Shown: positions 1-9,285 of the stretch, piece by piece
Position numbering within the stretch: position 1 is the stretch's first letter
How the letters are laid out: each line of letters opens with the position of its first letter
Origin: Gemmatimonadota bacterium
GTDB lineage: Bacteria; Gemmatimonadota; Gemmatimonadetes; Gemmatimonadales; GWC2-71-9
Length of the DNA: 64,000 bases
Assembly: GCA_041486305.1 (NCBI GenBank)
Contig: JBGPLG010000009.1
Location: 1,639 to 65,638 of the forward strand
Direction of reading: 5' to 3'
The notes under the pieces: model-generated
What the model saw: only the letters and a program-made list of their open reading frames with translations
Told to the model about the DNA's origin: nothing
Databases searched by the model: none
Program-made: the position numbers and the translations under genes

Positions 1-1681
1 TCTGGATCTGGCCCCGGTCTTCCGAAGGCACGAATTCCCGCTTGAGCCCCAGAAACACCACCACCGCAAGCGTGACGAGGCCGCCTACCCCGGCCAGCAC
101 CAGCATCCGGTAGCGGAGCGCGCCGGCCAGGGCCTGCTGATACCCCGACGCGATGCCCCGAAAGGCCGTTTCCAGCGCCTGGTAGAGCACGCCATGGCGG
201 GGAGGCACCCGGAGGATCTTGGCGCAGAGCATCGGGGTCAGCGTGAGCGCGACAAAGCCGGAGATGGCCACCGATGCCGCGACGGCGATGCCGAATTCCT
301 TGAACAGGCGCCCGGTGCTTCCGGTGAGGAAGGCCAGCGGTATGAAGACTGCCACCAGCGAGATCGTGGTGGCGATGACGGCGAAGGCGATTTCCCGGGT
401 GCCCTTCATGGCGGCCAGTTCGGGGGGCTCGTGGAGCTCCTCCTGGTGCCGGTAGGCGTTTTCCAGGACGATGATCGCGTCGTCGACCACGATGCCGATG
501 GCCAGGATCAGGGCCAGGAGCGTCAGGTTGTTGATCGAGAAATTGAACGCGTTCATCACCGCGAAGGTGGCGATGATGGAGGCCGGGATGGCGAGCCCGG
601 GGATGACGGTGGCGCGGACGTTTCGCAGAAACACGAAGATGATCAGTACGACCAGCCCGGCGGCCAGGATCAGGGTCTCCTGGGCCTCCTTGATGGACCG
701 CTTGACGTAGATCGACTGGTCGTAGCCGAGGCCCGCCGTTACTCCCGGCGGCAGCGCCGCCTGGAGCGCCGGCAGCGCCTTCTTCACCGCATCGGCCACG
801 TCGACCAGGTTGGACTTCGACTGCCGCACCAGCGAGAGCCCGACCGCCGGCCGCCCGTTGTAGCGGAAGATGCTGCGCACATCCTCGGCGCCCAGCTCCA
901 CCTTGGCGACATCGCCCAGCTTGACGAGCTGGCCGTTGGCGTTGGACACCACCATCCGGGAAAACTCCTCGGCGGTCTTGAGCTCGCCGAGAGAGCGGAC
1001 CGAGAATTCCCGCCGGTCCGACTCGATGCGGCCCGCCGGGATCTCCACGTTGCGGCTCTGGATCGCGCTGACCACGTCCTGCACCGTCAGGCCACGCGAC
1101 GCCAGCGCCGACACCGAGACCCAGACCCGCATGGCATAGCGCCGCTCGCCCCGGATCTCGGCCCGGGCCAGGCCGGGGACGGTCTGCAGCTGGGGCTTGA
1201 GGATCCGGTCGGCGATCTCGGAGAGCTGCAGCAGGTCGTAGGTGTTCGATTCGAGGCCGATGAACATGATCGGGCGGGCGTCGGCGTCCTGCTTGTTCAC
1301 CACCGGCTCGTCGATTTCCTGGGGCAGCCGGCCCCGAACCCGGGAGACGATGTCCCGGACGTCCTGGGCCGCGTCTTCGATCGGACGGTCGAGGTTAAAT
1401 TCGAGGTTGATGTTGGAGCTCTGCTCGGAGCTGCTGCTGGTCATGGTCCGGAGGCCCTCGAGCGACGCGAGCTGCTCCTCCAGCACATCGGTCACCGCCG
1501 ACTCCATGACCTGGGGATTCGCGCCCCGCAGAGAGACCGACACCGAGACGATCGGCGGATCGACATCGGGAAACTCCCGGACCGACAACTGCCGATAGCC
1601 GATGACGCCGAACAGGACCAGGGCCGCGCTCGTCATGCTGGCGAACACGGGCCGCTTGATGGAGAGGTCGGAGAGATTCAT
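1..1681 (-). CDS. RND efflux transporter permease (AcrB/MdtB family), N-terminal part; runs off the window edge
   Basis: Manual translation from ATG at 1681: MNLSDLSIKRPVFASMTSAALVLFGVIGYRQLSVREFPDVDPP, later LAIGIVVDDAIIVLEN (RND TM4 DD motif). Not in the ORF track because no stop lies inside the window. Confidence 0.93.
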   Translation of the reverse strand, partial: MNLSDLSIKRPVFASMTSAALVLFGVIGYRQLSVREFPDVDPPIVSVSVSLRGANPQVMESAVTDVLEEQLASLEGLRTMTSSSSEQSSNINLEFNLDRPIEDAAQDVRDIVSRVRGRLPQEIDEPVVNKQDADARPIMFIGLESNTYDLLQLSEIADRILKPQLQTVPGLARAEIRGERRYAMRVWVSVSALASRGLTVQDVVSAIQSRNVEIPAGRIESDRREFSVRSLGELKTAEEFSRMVVSNANGQLVKLGDVAKVELGAEDVRSIFRYNGRPAVGLSLVRQSKSNLVDVADAVKKALPALQAALPPGVTAGLGYDQSIYVKRSIKEAQETLILAAGLVVLIIFVFLRNVRATVIPGLAIPASIIATFAVMNAFNFSINNLTLLALILAIGIVVDDAIIVLENAYRHQEELHEPPELAAMKGTREIAFAVIATTISLVAVFIPLAFLTGSTGRLFKEFGIAVAASVAISGFVALTLTPMLCAKILRVPPRHGVLYQALETAFRGIASGYQQALAGALRYRMLVLAGVGGLVTLAVVVFLGLKREFVPSEDRGQIQ

Positions 1682-1789
1682 GCGCCGGACAGGCCTCGAC
1701 AATGGGGCGGCGCGGGACCGCTGCGCCGGGACGTCATCCTTCAGGTACGCGATTGTGCGCCAACACGTTGAGAGTTACCCCGGAGGACC

Positions 1790-2158
1790 ATGGCCGACAA
1801 GCTGAGCTCCCGGCAACAGGCCCAGATCGCGGTCCTGGAGAGCCTCACGCCCAAGTTCGCCCAGCTGCACCGCCTGATCGAGGAAATGGCCGGCGCCCGG
1901 CCCGATATCTCGGTGGTTCGGCGCCTCTGTCGCCTGCTGGACGAGGGGAAGGGCGCCACCAGCGGGGTGGGATTGTCCAGCCTGACCCAGACCATGGGCT
2001 CCATGGGCATGATGGCCCGGCGGACCGGGGGAGAGCAGATGAAGATCCGGGGTTTGCGGGAAGGGCTGGCCAGCCTGAAGATCAACTACGACGCGGCTCT
2101 CCGGGTGGCCAAGACGCCCGAGGCCACCGGCCCAGACGACGAAGCCGCAGAGACTTAG
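1790..2158 (+). CDS. Hypothetical all-helical protein, HPt-like but lacking the phospho-His
   Basis: GGAGG RBS before ATG; 122 aa; RLLDEGKGATSGVGLSSL resembles the HPt motif HxLKGxxxxxG. Confidence 0.65.
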   Translation: MADKLSSRQQAQIAVLESLTPKFAQLHRLIEEMAGARPDISVVRRLCRLLDEGKGATSGVGLSSLTQTMGSMGMMARRTGGEQMKIRGLREGLASLKINYDAALRVAKTPEATGPDDEAAET

Positions 2159-2310
2159 CGCTTCCGGGCGACCAGCCGGTCGACGACGGGGCCCGAAATG
2201 AGCACCACCATCGCGTTCACGATCCCCCCCACCAGCAGGGTCACGTAGGTCAGGGCGAAGAGGATCATTCCAGCCCCGAGTGCAGCGAATATGCGAACAA
2301 ACGTCTCCAT
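2155..2310 (-). CDS. Small membrane protein (51 aa)
   Basis: METFVRIFAALGAGMILFALTYVTLLVGGIVNAMVVLISGPVVDRLVARKR; hydrophobic; GAGGGA upstream; stop overlaps the convergent gene. Confidence 0.55.
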   Translation of the reverse strand: METFVRIFAALGAGMILFALTYVTLLVGGIVNAMVVLISGPVVDRLVARKR

Positions 2311-2414
2311 GGTTCCCTCGGGATTGAGGCAGTATTTTACCTGTCCCCCCGCCCGGCTGGCAACCACGGGGGTTCTGGCTCAATCTCCGGCCATCCCTGT
2401 GTGAGGTGACTCGT

Positions 2415-3068
2415 ATGCGTGTGCTCCCGATCGTCGCGCTGACCACCCTGCTCGCCACCCCCCTGTTCGCCCAGGGAGCCGATCCCGATCATAAGGTTGC
2501 AGGCGGTGGAACGTTGCCGGCCGGCTGGTCGGCCCACCTCGATCAGGCCAGCGCCAGCCTGAACGACGTCAAGTTCGTGGCCATGGGGTCCGGCTGGCAC
2601 GTGACGACCGGCCCGGCGGTGATCCTGTGGAAGGCGACCGACGCGGTCAAGGGCCCGTTCCACACTCTGGCCACCTTCGCCCAGACCAAGGCGCCGACCC
2701 ATCCCGAAGCCTACGGCCTCATCATCGGCGGGAAGGACCTCGGGACCGCCACGCCGAGCTACCTGTATTTCATCGTGCGGGGCGACGGGAAGTTCATGAT
2801 CAACAAGATGGCGGGGGGCGCGCGCACCATCCTGGTGCCGTGGACCGACAACGCCGCGATCGTCAAGCAGGACGCGACCACCGGTAAGGCGTCCAACAAG
2901 CTGGAGATCGACGGCAAGGTCGATCCCAGCAAGATCGCCTTCAAGGTGAACGGCACGGTGGTGCATGAGATCCCCGCGGCAGGCACCGATATCACCGGCG
3001 CGGTGGGGCTCCGGGTGAACCACAACCTGGACGTGCATATAGACGGGTTCGCGGTGCACAAGTTCTAG
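2415..3068 (+). CDS. Exported beta-sandwich (ConA/DUF1080-like) protein
   Basis: GAGGTG RBS; signal peptide MRVLPIVALTTLLATPLFA; beta-rich pattern ending FKVNG...GAVGLRV...HIDGFAV. Confidence 0.7.
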   Translation: MRVLPIVALTTLLATPLFAQGADPDHKVAGGGTLPAGWSAHLDQASASLNDVKFVAMGSGWHVTTGPAVILWKATDAVKGPFHTLATFAQTKAPTHPEAYGLIIGGKDLGTATPSYLYFIVRGDGKFMINKMAGGARTILVPWTDNAAIVKQDATTGKASNKLEIDGKVDPSKIAFKVNGTVVHEIPAAGTDITGAVGLRVNHNLDVHIDGFAVHKF

Positions 3069-3069
3069 G

Positions 3070-3085
3070 AAGACGCTAAGACGCC
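3070..3085 (+). repeat. Octamer repeat family member (AAGACGCT AAGACGCC)
   Basis: Two units directly after the stop at 3068. Confidence 0.55.
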
Positions 3086-3093
3086 GGAAGGTG

Positions 3094-4179
3094 TCAAGCA
3101 GACTTGATCTGAGTCCAGATTTCGTCCCATAACCCGCTCGCCCGGCCGAGATCCTTCTGGATCTCGAGCCGGGCGAGCTCGTTTGCGGACGGATAAGGCA
3201 CCGGGTCCGGGAGCAGCGGCATGGCCGCCTGGTTGGGCGAGCCGTAGCCGGTGGCCGCCGAGATCGCGGCTCCCACGGCGGGCCGGAGAATGTAGTTCAT
3301 GAACTCGTGCGCGGCGCGCGGGTGCGGCGCCGCGGCAGTCACCACCAGCGAATCGATCCACAGGGTGCTTCCCTCGCGCGGGAGGATCCACTCCAGCGCC
3401 GGTTGCTCCCGCCGGGCCTGGGCCGCGTCGCCGTTCCAGAGCTGGGCCAGCCAGACATCCCCGGCGATCAGCTGGGCCTTCACCGGCGCCGAGAGGTAGG
3501 CCTTGAGGTTCTTCTTGGCGGCGATGGCGTCCATGCGGGCCGCCTCCAGCTCGCCCGGGTCGATGGAGTTGATCGAGTGGCCCCGGAGCCGGAGGAAGAC
3601 GCCGATCACGTCCCGGAGATCGTCGAGCATGGTCATCTTGCCCTGCGGCTCCCGCCCCAGGAACACGCCCCAACTCTCCGGAACCGCCGACACCAGATCC
3701 TTCCGCCAGGCAATGCCGGTCATCCCCCACTGCCACGGCACCGTGTATGCGTTCCCGGGGTCGTGCGAAAGGCCGCGGAAGACCGGCGCGATGTTGGAGA
3801 GGTTGGGGAGATACTTGAGTGAGAGCGGCGCCAGGAGGCCGCTCTCCCGGAGCACGGTCATCGCATAGGTCGTCGGCACGACCAGGTCGTATCCGGTGGC
3901 GCCGGCCTGCAGCTTGGCGACCATCTCCTCGCTGCTCTCGAAGGTGTCGTAGGTGACCTTGACCCCGAACTCTTTCTGGAAACCGGAGACCACCTCGGGC
4001 CCGATGTAGTCGGACCAGTTGTAGATGTTGAGCTCCGGCTCCAGGGCACCCAGCTCGGCGCTGCCGGCCCGGGGGCCCGCCGCCCTGCCGCGGCCGCACC
4101 CGTCCAGCAGCGACAGCGCCGGCGCCGCGAGTGAGGCACGAAGGGCCCGCTCCAGGAAGCGTCGACGGGATATGGAAAT
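3094..4179 (-). CDS. potD: Spermidine/putrescine ABC transporter substrate-binding lipoprotein; probable ATT start
   Basis: LNIYNWSDYI, YDTFESSEEM, VPWQWG, PREGSTLWID motifs. The frame extends upstream of the track start (3993) to SRRRFL...LLDGC (Tat motif plus lipobox); AGGAGG lies 7 nt before ATT at 4179. Confidence 0.88.
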   Translation of the reverse strand: MSISRRRFLERALRASLAAPALSLLDGCGRGRAAGPRAGSAELGALEPELNIYNWSDYIGPEVVSGFQKEFGVKVTYDTFESSEEMVAKLQAGATGYDLVVPTTYAMTVLRESGLLAPLSLKYLPNLSNIAPVFRGLSHDPGNAYTVPWQWGMTGIAWRKDLVSAVPESWGVFLGREPQGKMTMLDDLRDVIGVFLRLRGHSINSIDPGELEAARMDAIAAKKNLKAYLSAPVKAQLIAGDVWLAQLWNGDAAQARREQPALEWILPREGSTLWIDSLVVTAAAPHPRAAHEFMNYILRPAVGAAISAATGYGSPNQAAMPLLPDPVPYPSANELARLEIQKDLGRASGLWDEIWTQIKSA

Positions 4180-4192
4180 CCGAATGCCTCCT

Positions 4193-4987
4193 TCAGCCCC
4201 GCGCCGCGGAGAGGGGCCGCTCCCGGGTCAGCCGAAAGGCCAGCCAGATCAGCACCGAGGTCAGCACCAGAATCAGGGTGCTGATCGCGTTCACCGTGGG
4301 CTCCACATTCCGTCGTACCATGCCGTACACCACCACCGGGAGGGTCGAGGAGCCGGGACCCGCCACCAGCGAGGTGATGACATAGTCGTCGAAAGACATG
4401 ATAAACGCCAGCAGCGCGCCGGCGACAATGCCGGGCCAGAGCTGGGGCACCGTCACGGTGCGGAACGCCGTCAGCTCGTCGGCGCCGAGCAGGAGGGCCG
4501 CCTCTTCGAGGCTCCGGTCCATTCCCTCCAGGCGGGCCCGGACCACCACGGCCACGAACGCGATGTTGAAGGCGATGTGCGCGACGGTGATGGTGCCAAG
4601 GCCCAGCGGAATGCGGAGCAGCACGAAAAGCACCAGAAGGGAAATCCCCACGACGATCTCCGGCGTCACGATCGGAAGATAGAGAAAGCCTTCCAGGGCC
4701 CGGCGCCCCCGGAAGCGGCCCCGGGCCAGGGCGAGGGCCAGCAAGGTCCCGAATGCTGTCGCGACGACGGTCGAGATCGTCCCGACGATGAGGCTGGCCC
4801 GGAGGCCCCGGAGCAGATCGGCGCGCCCGGCGAGCCTCCGGTACCAGTCCAGGGTGAAGCCGGTCCACTCCACCGAATAGCGGGAGGCGTTGACGCTGAA
4901 GATGACCAGCACCAGCACCGGCAGGTGGAGGAACAGGTAGACCGCCACGGCAATCACCAGGGCTCCCCTCGACACCCGGCGGCTCAT
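4193..4987 (-). CDS. potC: Polyamine ABC transporter permease
   Basis: MSRRVSRG start overlaps the potB stop (ATGA); EAA loop LEEAALLLGA; SFDDYVIT. Confidence 0.9.
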   Translation of the reverse strand: MSRRVSRGALVIAVAVYLFLHLPVLVLVIFSVNASRYSVEWTGFTLDWYRRLAGRADLLRGLRASLIVGTISTVVATAFGTLLALALARGRFRGRRALEGFLYLPIVTPEIVVGISLLVLFVLLRIPLGLGTITVAHIAFNIAFVAVVVRARLEGMDRSLEEAALLLGADELTAFRTVTVPQLWPGIVAGALLAFIMSFDDYVITSLVAGPGSSTLPVVVYGMVRRNVEPTVNAISTLILVLTSVLIWLAFRLTRERPLSAARG

Positions 4988-5868
4988 GGGGTCCCCGCCT
5001 CCGGCCCGCGGTCCCGCAGCCGGAGCGAGACCATGACCGCTACCAGCACCAGCGCCATCAAGGCGAACGAGACCGCGGAGCCGAAGGGCCAATTGCGGGC
5101 CGACGTGAACTGGTTCTGCACCAGGTTCCCGATCATCACCTGTTTGGCGCCGCCCAGGAGATCCGACGTAATGAACGACCCCAGCGCCGGGACGAACACC
5201 AGCAGGCATCCGGCGATCACTCCCGGCAGCGAGAGCGGCAGCGTGACGTTGAGGAACCGGGAACCGGGCCGGGCCCCGAGCACCTCCGCGGCTTCGAGCA
5301 GGGCGGGGTCGAGTTTCTCCAGCGAGGCGTAAATCGGAAGCACCATGAACGGGAGAAAGCCGTAGACCAGTCCGAGGAGCACCGCGAACGGGGTGTAGAG
5401 CAGGGTGAGCGGCTGGCCGATCAGTCCGAGGCGCAGCAGCAGCGAATTCACCAGTCCGGTGTCGCGGAGCAGGAAGATCATCGCGAAGGTGCGGACCAGG
5501 AAGCTGGTCCAGAATGGCAGGACGATCAGAAAGAGGAGGAGGTTCCGGCGGCGGCTCCGCGAGATGACCCAGGCCACCGGGTAACCCAGCAGCAGGCAGG
5601 TGAGCGTCGCCACCGCGGCCCAGAGAATCGTGCGGCCGAGGACCTGCAGGTAGAGCGGATCGAGAAACCGGCGATAGTGTTCCAGCGTGAACCCGGGATC
5701 GACTCCGCCGTACATGCCACGTCGCATGAAGCTGTAGGCCAACATCAGCAGCATCGGCACCGCGAAGAACGCCACCAGCCACAGGGTGCCGGGGGCGAGC
5801 AGGCTCGTTGCCTCGAGCCCGGGCCGTCGGGCCAGGAAGGCGAGGAGCCGGCGGCGGAGCGCGGTCAT
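4984..5868 (-). CDS. potB: Polyamine ABC transporter permease
   Basis: PFWTSFLVRTFA, LLEAAEVLGA, NWPFGSA; ATGA overlap with potA. Confidence 0.9.
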   Translation of the reverse strand: MTALRRRLLAFLARRPGLEATSLLAPGTLWLVAFFAVPMLLMLAYSFMRRGMYGGVDPGFTLEHYRRFLDPLYLQVLGRTILWAAVATLTCLLLGYPVAWVISRSRRRNLLLFLIVLPFWTSFLVRTFAMIFLLRDTGLVNSLLLRLGLIGQPLTLLYTPFAVLLGLVYGFLPFMVLPIYASLEKLDPALLEAAEVLGARPGSRFLNVTLPLSLPGVIAGCLLVFVPALGSFITSDLLGGAKQVMIGNLVQNQFTSARNWPFGSAVSFALMALVLVAVMVSLRLRDRGPEAGTP

Positions 5869-6965
5869 CCCTCCTCCAGCAGCTGGGAATCCTCGGGGCG
5901 CCATCCGACCGCGACCGGATCCCCGCGCTTCCACTCCAGCGGGCGGGTCAGCTGGCCTTCATTGCGCACCGCCACCACCATGGAGGAGCGATCCGCCAGC
6001 GCCACCCGTACCCGTATCATTTCTCCCTGGTAGACCACGTCCTCGACGGTGCCCGGCAGCGCATTCTCTCCCGGTGGGACGGCGTCCCGGGCAAAGAGAT
6101 CGGCCCATTCGGGCCGAATGGCGAGGCGGATCGCCTGACCGGCCGCGAGGCCCGGCTGCTCCGGGACCTCGATGCGGGGGCCGAGGGTCGTGAGGACCGC
6201 CCAGGTCCCGCCGCTACGGCCCTCGACCCGGCCCTCGAGCAGATTCGACTCGCCGATGAAGGTCGCAACGAAGGCGGTCCGGGGATTCTCATAGATCTCC
6301 GCGGGCGAGCCCACTTGCGCGATGCGGCCCCGGTCCATCACCGCGATTCGGTCCGACATCGTGAGGGCTTCATCCTGGTCGTGGGTCACATACACGAACG
6401 TGATGCCCAGGGCGCGATTGAGCTCCCGGAGCTCGACCTGCATCGTCTTGCGGAGCTTGAGGTCGATGGCGCCGAGCGGCTCGTCCAGAAGCAGGATCTC
6501 GGGCTCCAGCACGAGGGCGCGCGCCAGAGCCACCCGCTGCCGCTGGCCACCGGAAAGCTCGGCCGGGCGCCGGCGGGCGAACTCCCCCGGATCGAGGCGC
6601 ACCATTTCGAGGGCCCGTGCCACCCTGGCGGGAATGTCCGCGCGCGCCACCCGGCGACGCTCCAGTCCGAAGGCGACGTTCCGCTCCACCGAGAGATGAG
6701 GAAACAGGGCATAGCTCTGGAAGACCATGCCGAGCCGGCGCTCGTAGGGCCGCTGGCTCTGGACCGGCTCGCCGGCAATGAGGATCTCTCCGCCGGGGTC
6801 CGGGGTTTCGAGGCCCGCGAGCAGGCGGAGGATGGTCGTCTTGCCGCATCCGGAGGGACCCAGCAGGGAGAAGAACTCGCCCCGGGCCACGTCGAACGAG
6901 ACGTCGTTCACCGCGCGGGACGCGCCGAAGGTTTTGCTGACACCAAGGAAACGGGCGATGGGCAC
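5865..6965 (-). CDS. potA: Polyamine ABC transporter ATP-binding protein
   Basis: Walker A GPSGCGKT, signature LSGGQRQR, LLLDEP, VTHDQDEA, C-terminal TOBE-like region. Confidence 0.92.
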   Translation of the reverse strand: MPIARFLGVSKTFGASRAVNDVSFDVARGEFFSLLGPSGCGKTTILRLLAGLETPDPGGEILIAGEPVQSQRPYERRLGMVFQSYALFPHLSVERNVAFGLERRRVARADIPARVARALEMVRLDPGEFARRRPAELSGGQRQRVALARALVLEPEILLLDEPLGAIDLKLRKTMQVELRELNRALGITFVYVTHDQDEALTMSDRIAVMDRGRIAQVGSPAEIYENPRTAFVATFIGESNLLEGRVEGRSGGTWAVLTTLGPRIEVPEQPGLAAGQAIRLAIRPEWADLFARDAVPPGENALPGTVEDVVYQGEMIRVRVALADRSSMVVAVRNEGQLTRPLEWKRGDPVAVGWRPEDSQLLEEG

Positions 6966-7033
6966 GGAGGCGTAACGTGCGCTCTGGACGGGCCTCGGGC
7001 AAGGACCTAGCTTCGGAACTGGAGGTCTCCCCC

Positions 7034-7594
7034 ATGCACAGACGCGAAGCGCTGGCGTTCCTCGGGACCGCGGTCCTGGCTCCGCTCATTTCCCCCCTGT
7101 CGGCGCAGGAGCGGTACGCGCTGGGAGAGGACCTGCACCAGCGGATCGGCCTGAGCCGGACTCCACTGCTGGCGCTGACTCCGGCGCAGATGGCCACGCT
7201 GGTCGCGCTTTCGGACACCATCCTGCCGACCACCGACACGCCCGGCGCGGCGGACGTGGGGGTGCCGGCGTTCATCGACCTCCTGGTGGCGGAGTGGTAC
7301 GGGGACGACGACAGGGCGGAGGTGCTTCGGGGGCTCGACGGCCTGGAAGAGCGGAGCCGGGCGGCCACCGGGAAGGGTTTCGCGGAGAGCGACCCGGCGA
7401 GCCGGGCGTCGTTGCTGGCCACGGTCGACGGCAAGCCGGGTGAGAAGGGGTCGCTCGAGGCGGGGTATCAGCGGCTCAAGGACGCGATCGTGTACGGCTA
7501 CGTCACCTCGGAACCGATCAGTACCAGGCTCGCCACGACGCCGATCATCCCCGGCCGCTTCGACGGCTGCACCCCGGTGGGAGGTTCTCAATGA
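7034..7594 (+). CDS. Gluconate 2-dehydrogenase subunit 3 family (small Tat hitch-hiker subunit)
   Basis: GGAGG RBS; MHRREAL Tat-like motif; ILPTTDTPGAADVGVPAFID; GYVTSE; PGRFDGC. Confidence 0.88.
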   Translation: MHRREALAFLGTAVLAPLISPLSAQERYALGEDLHQRIGLSRTPLLALTPAQMATLVALSDTILPTTDTPGAADVGVPAFIDLLVAEWYGDDDRAEVLRGLDGLEERSRAATGKGFAESDPASRASLLATVDGKPGEKGSLEAGYQRLKDAIVYGYVTSEPISTRLATTPIIPGRFDGCTPVGGSQ

Positions 7595-9285
7595 AGCCGG
7601 TACAGGACTCGACCTGGGATGCGATCGTCGTCGGCAGCGGCATCAGCGGCGGCTGGGCGGCCAAGGAGCTGGCCGAGCGGGGGCTCCGGACCCTGGTCCT
7701 CGAGGCCGGCCGCGACATCGACCCGGCCACCGACTACGTGGAGCACGTGCAGCCATGGGAAAAGCGGTTCCGGGGCTGGGGAGACCGCAAGGCGATGGAG
7801 CGGGACCAGCATATCCAGAAGAACTGCTATGCCTGTGACGAATGGAGCGGGAAGTTCTTCGTCAACGATCGCGAGAACCCCTACGAATTCGACGCCGACA
7901 AGCCGTTCCACTGGATCCGGGGCCGCCACGTGGGCGGGCGCTCGATCATGTGGGGCCGGCAGGTGTACCGCTGGAGCGACCTCGACTTCGAAGCCAACGC
8001 GCGGGACGGCATCGCGGTCGACTGGCCGATCCGCTACGCCGATATCGCGCCCTGGTACGACCACGTGGAGCGCTTCATCGGCATCAGCGGGCAGAAGGAG
8101 GGGCTGGCCCAGCTCCCCGACGGCCAGTTCCTCCCGCCGATGCAGATGCGGTGCGCGGAGACGCTGGTGCGGGAGAAGCTGATGGCCCGGTGGGGCGGCG
8201 AGCGGGTGCTCACCATCGGACGGTGCGCCATCCTGACCGAGAATCACAACGGCCGCGCCGCCTGTCACTACTGCGGCCCCTGCGAGCGCGGCTGCATCAC
8301 CCATTCGTATTTCACCAGCATCGGCTCCACGCTGCCGGCCGCGCGCGCGACCGGGCGCATGACGCTCCGGCCCAACAGCGTGGTACACAGCCTCATCTAC
8401 GACGAGAAGCGGGACCGCGCCTCTGGCGTTCGGGTCATCGACGCCGTCACCATGCAGGCGCTCGAGTTCCGGGCCCGGGTGATCTTCGTGTGCGCCTCGG
8501 CGCTGGAATCGGCCCGGCTGCTGCTGAACTCGAAGACTCCGCGGTTCGCCACCGGGCTGGGCAACTCCAGCGACCAGCTGGGCCGCAACGTGATGGACCA
8601 TACCTTCGGGGCCGGCGCGAGCGGAGTGATTCCCGGCATGGAAGACAAGACCTCGTACGGCCGGCGCCCCAACGGGATCTATGTCGCCAGGTTCCGCAAC
8701 GTGAAGGAGAAACACCCCGATTTCCTCCGGGGCTATGGATTCCAGGGCGGGGCCTACCGGGAGGGCCCGCCGCGGCCCAAGGCGGGCTTCGGGGCGGACT
8801 TCAAGCAGGAGCTGTTCCGCCACGATCAAGGACCCTGGCACTTCTCGATCGGCGCCTGGGCCGAATGCCTGCCGCGGGAGGACAACCGGATCGAGCTGCA
8901 CCCGACCCTGGTGGACAAGTGGGGCGTGCCGGCGCTCAAGGTGACCTGTACCTGGGGCCCCAACGAGCGCGCGCTGCTCGAGGACGCGCAGAAGACCGCG
9001 ACCGAGATGCTCGAGGCCTCGGGTGCGAGAAACATCAGCACCTACAATGACCATCTGCCCCCGGGACTCTGCATCCACGAGATGGGCACGGCGCGGATGG
9101 GGCGGGACCCAAGGAGCTCCGTGCTCAACCGGAACAACCAGGTCTGGGACGCCAGGAATGTCTTCATCACCGACGGCGCCTGCATGGCGTCCTCGGCCAA
9201 TCAGAATCCTTCCATCACGTACATGGCGCTGACCGCGCGGGCCGCGGCCTTCGCGGTGGATGCGATGAAGCGCAATGCGCTCTAG
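7591..9285 (+). CDS. GMC family FAD oxidoreductase (glycoside 3-dehydrogenase-like large subunit)
   Basis: DAIVVGSGISGGWAAKEL FAD motif; VGGRSIMWGRQ; CHYCGPCERGC Fe-S motif; IHEMGTARMG; NPSITYMAL. Confidence 0.92.
   Translation: MKPVQDSTWDAIVVGSGISGGWAAKELAERGLRTLVLEAGRDIDPATDYVEHVQPWEKRFRGWGDRKAMERDQHIQKNCYACDEWSGKFFVNDRENPYEFDADKPFHWIRGRHVGGRSIMWGRQVYRWSDLDFEANARDGIAVDWPIRYADIAPWYDHVERFIGISGQKEGLAQLPDGQFLPPMQMRCAETLVREKLMARWGGERVLTIGRCAILTENHNGRAACHYCGPCERGCITHSYFTSIGSTLPAARATGRMTLRPNSVVHSLIYDEKRDRASGVRVIDAVTMQALEFRARVIFVCASALESARLLLNSKTPRFATGLGNSSDQLGRNVMDHTFGAGASGVIPGMEDKTSYGRRPNGIYVARFRNVKEKHPDFLRGYGFQGGAYREGPPRPKAGFGADFKQELFRHDQGPWHFSIGAWAECLPREDNRIELHPTLVDKWGVPALKVTCTWGPNERALLEDAQKTATEMLEASGARNISTYNDHLPPGLCIHEMGTARMGRDPRSSVLNRNNQVWDARNVFITDGACMASSANQNPSITYMALTARAAAFAVDAMKRNAL

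Noticed and set aside
194-1771. Long antisense or alternate-frame ORFs (this one, 7588-9411, 31877-34057, 40685-43015, 45366-47675, 48163-50700, 48231-50843 and others)
   Set aside because: They are shadows of real genes in high-GC DNA, with Arg/Gly/Pro-rich translations and no family motifs
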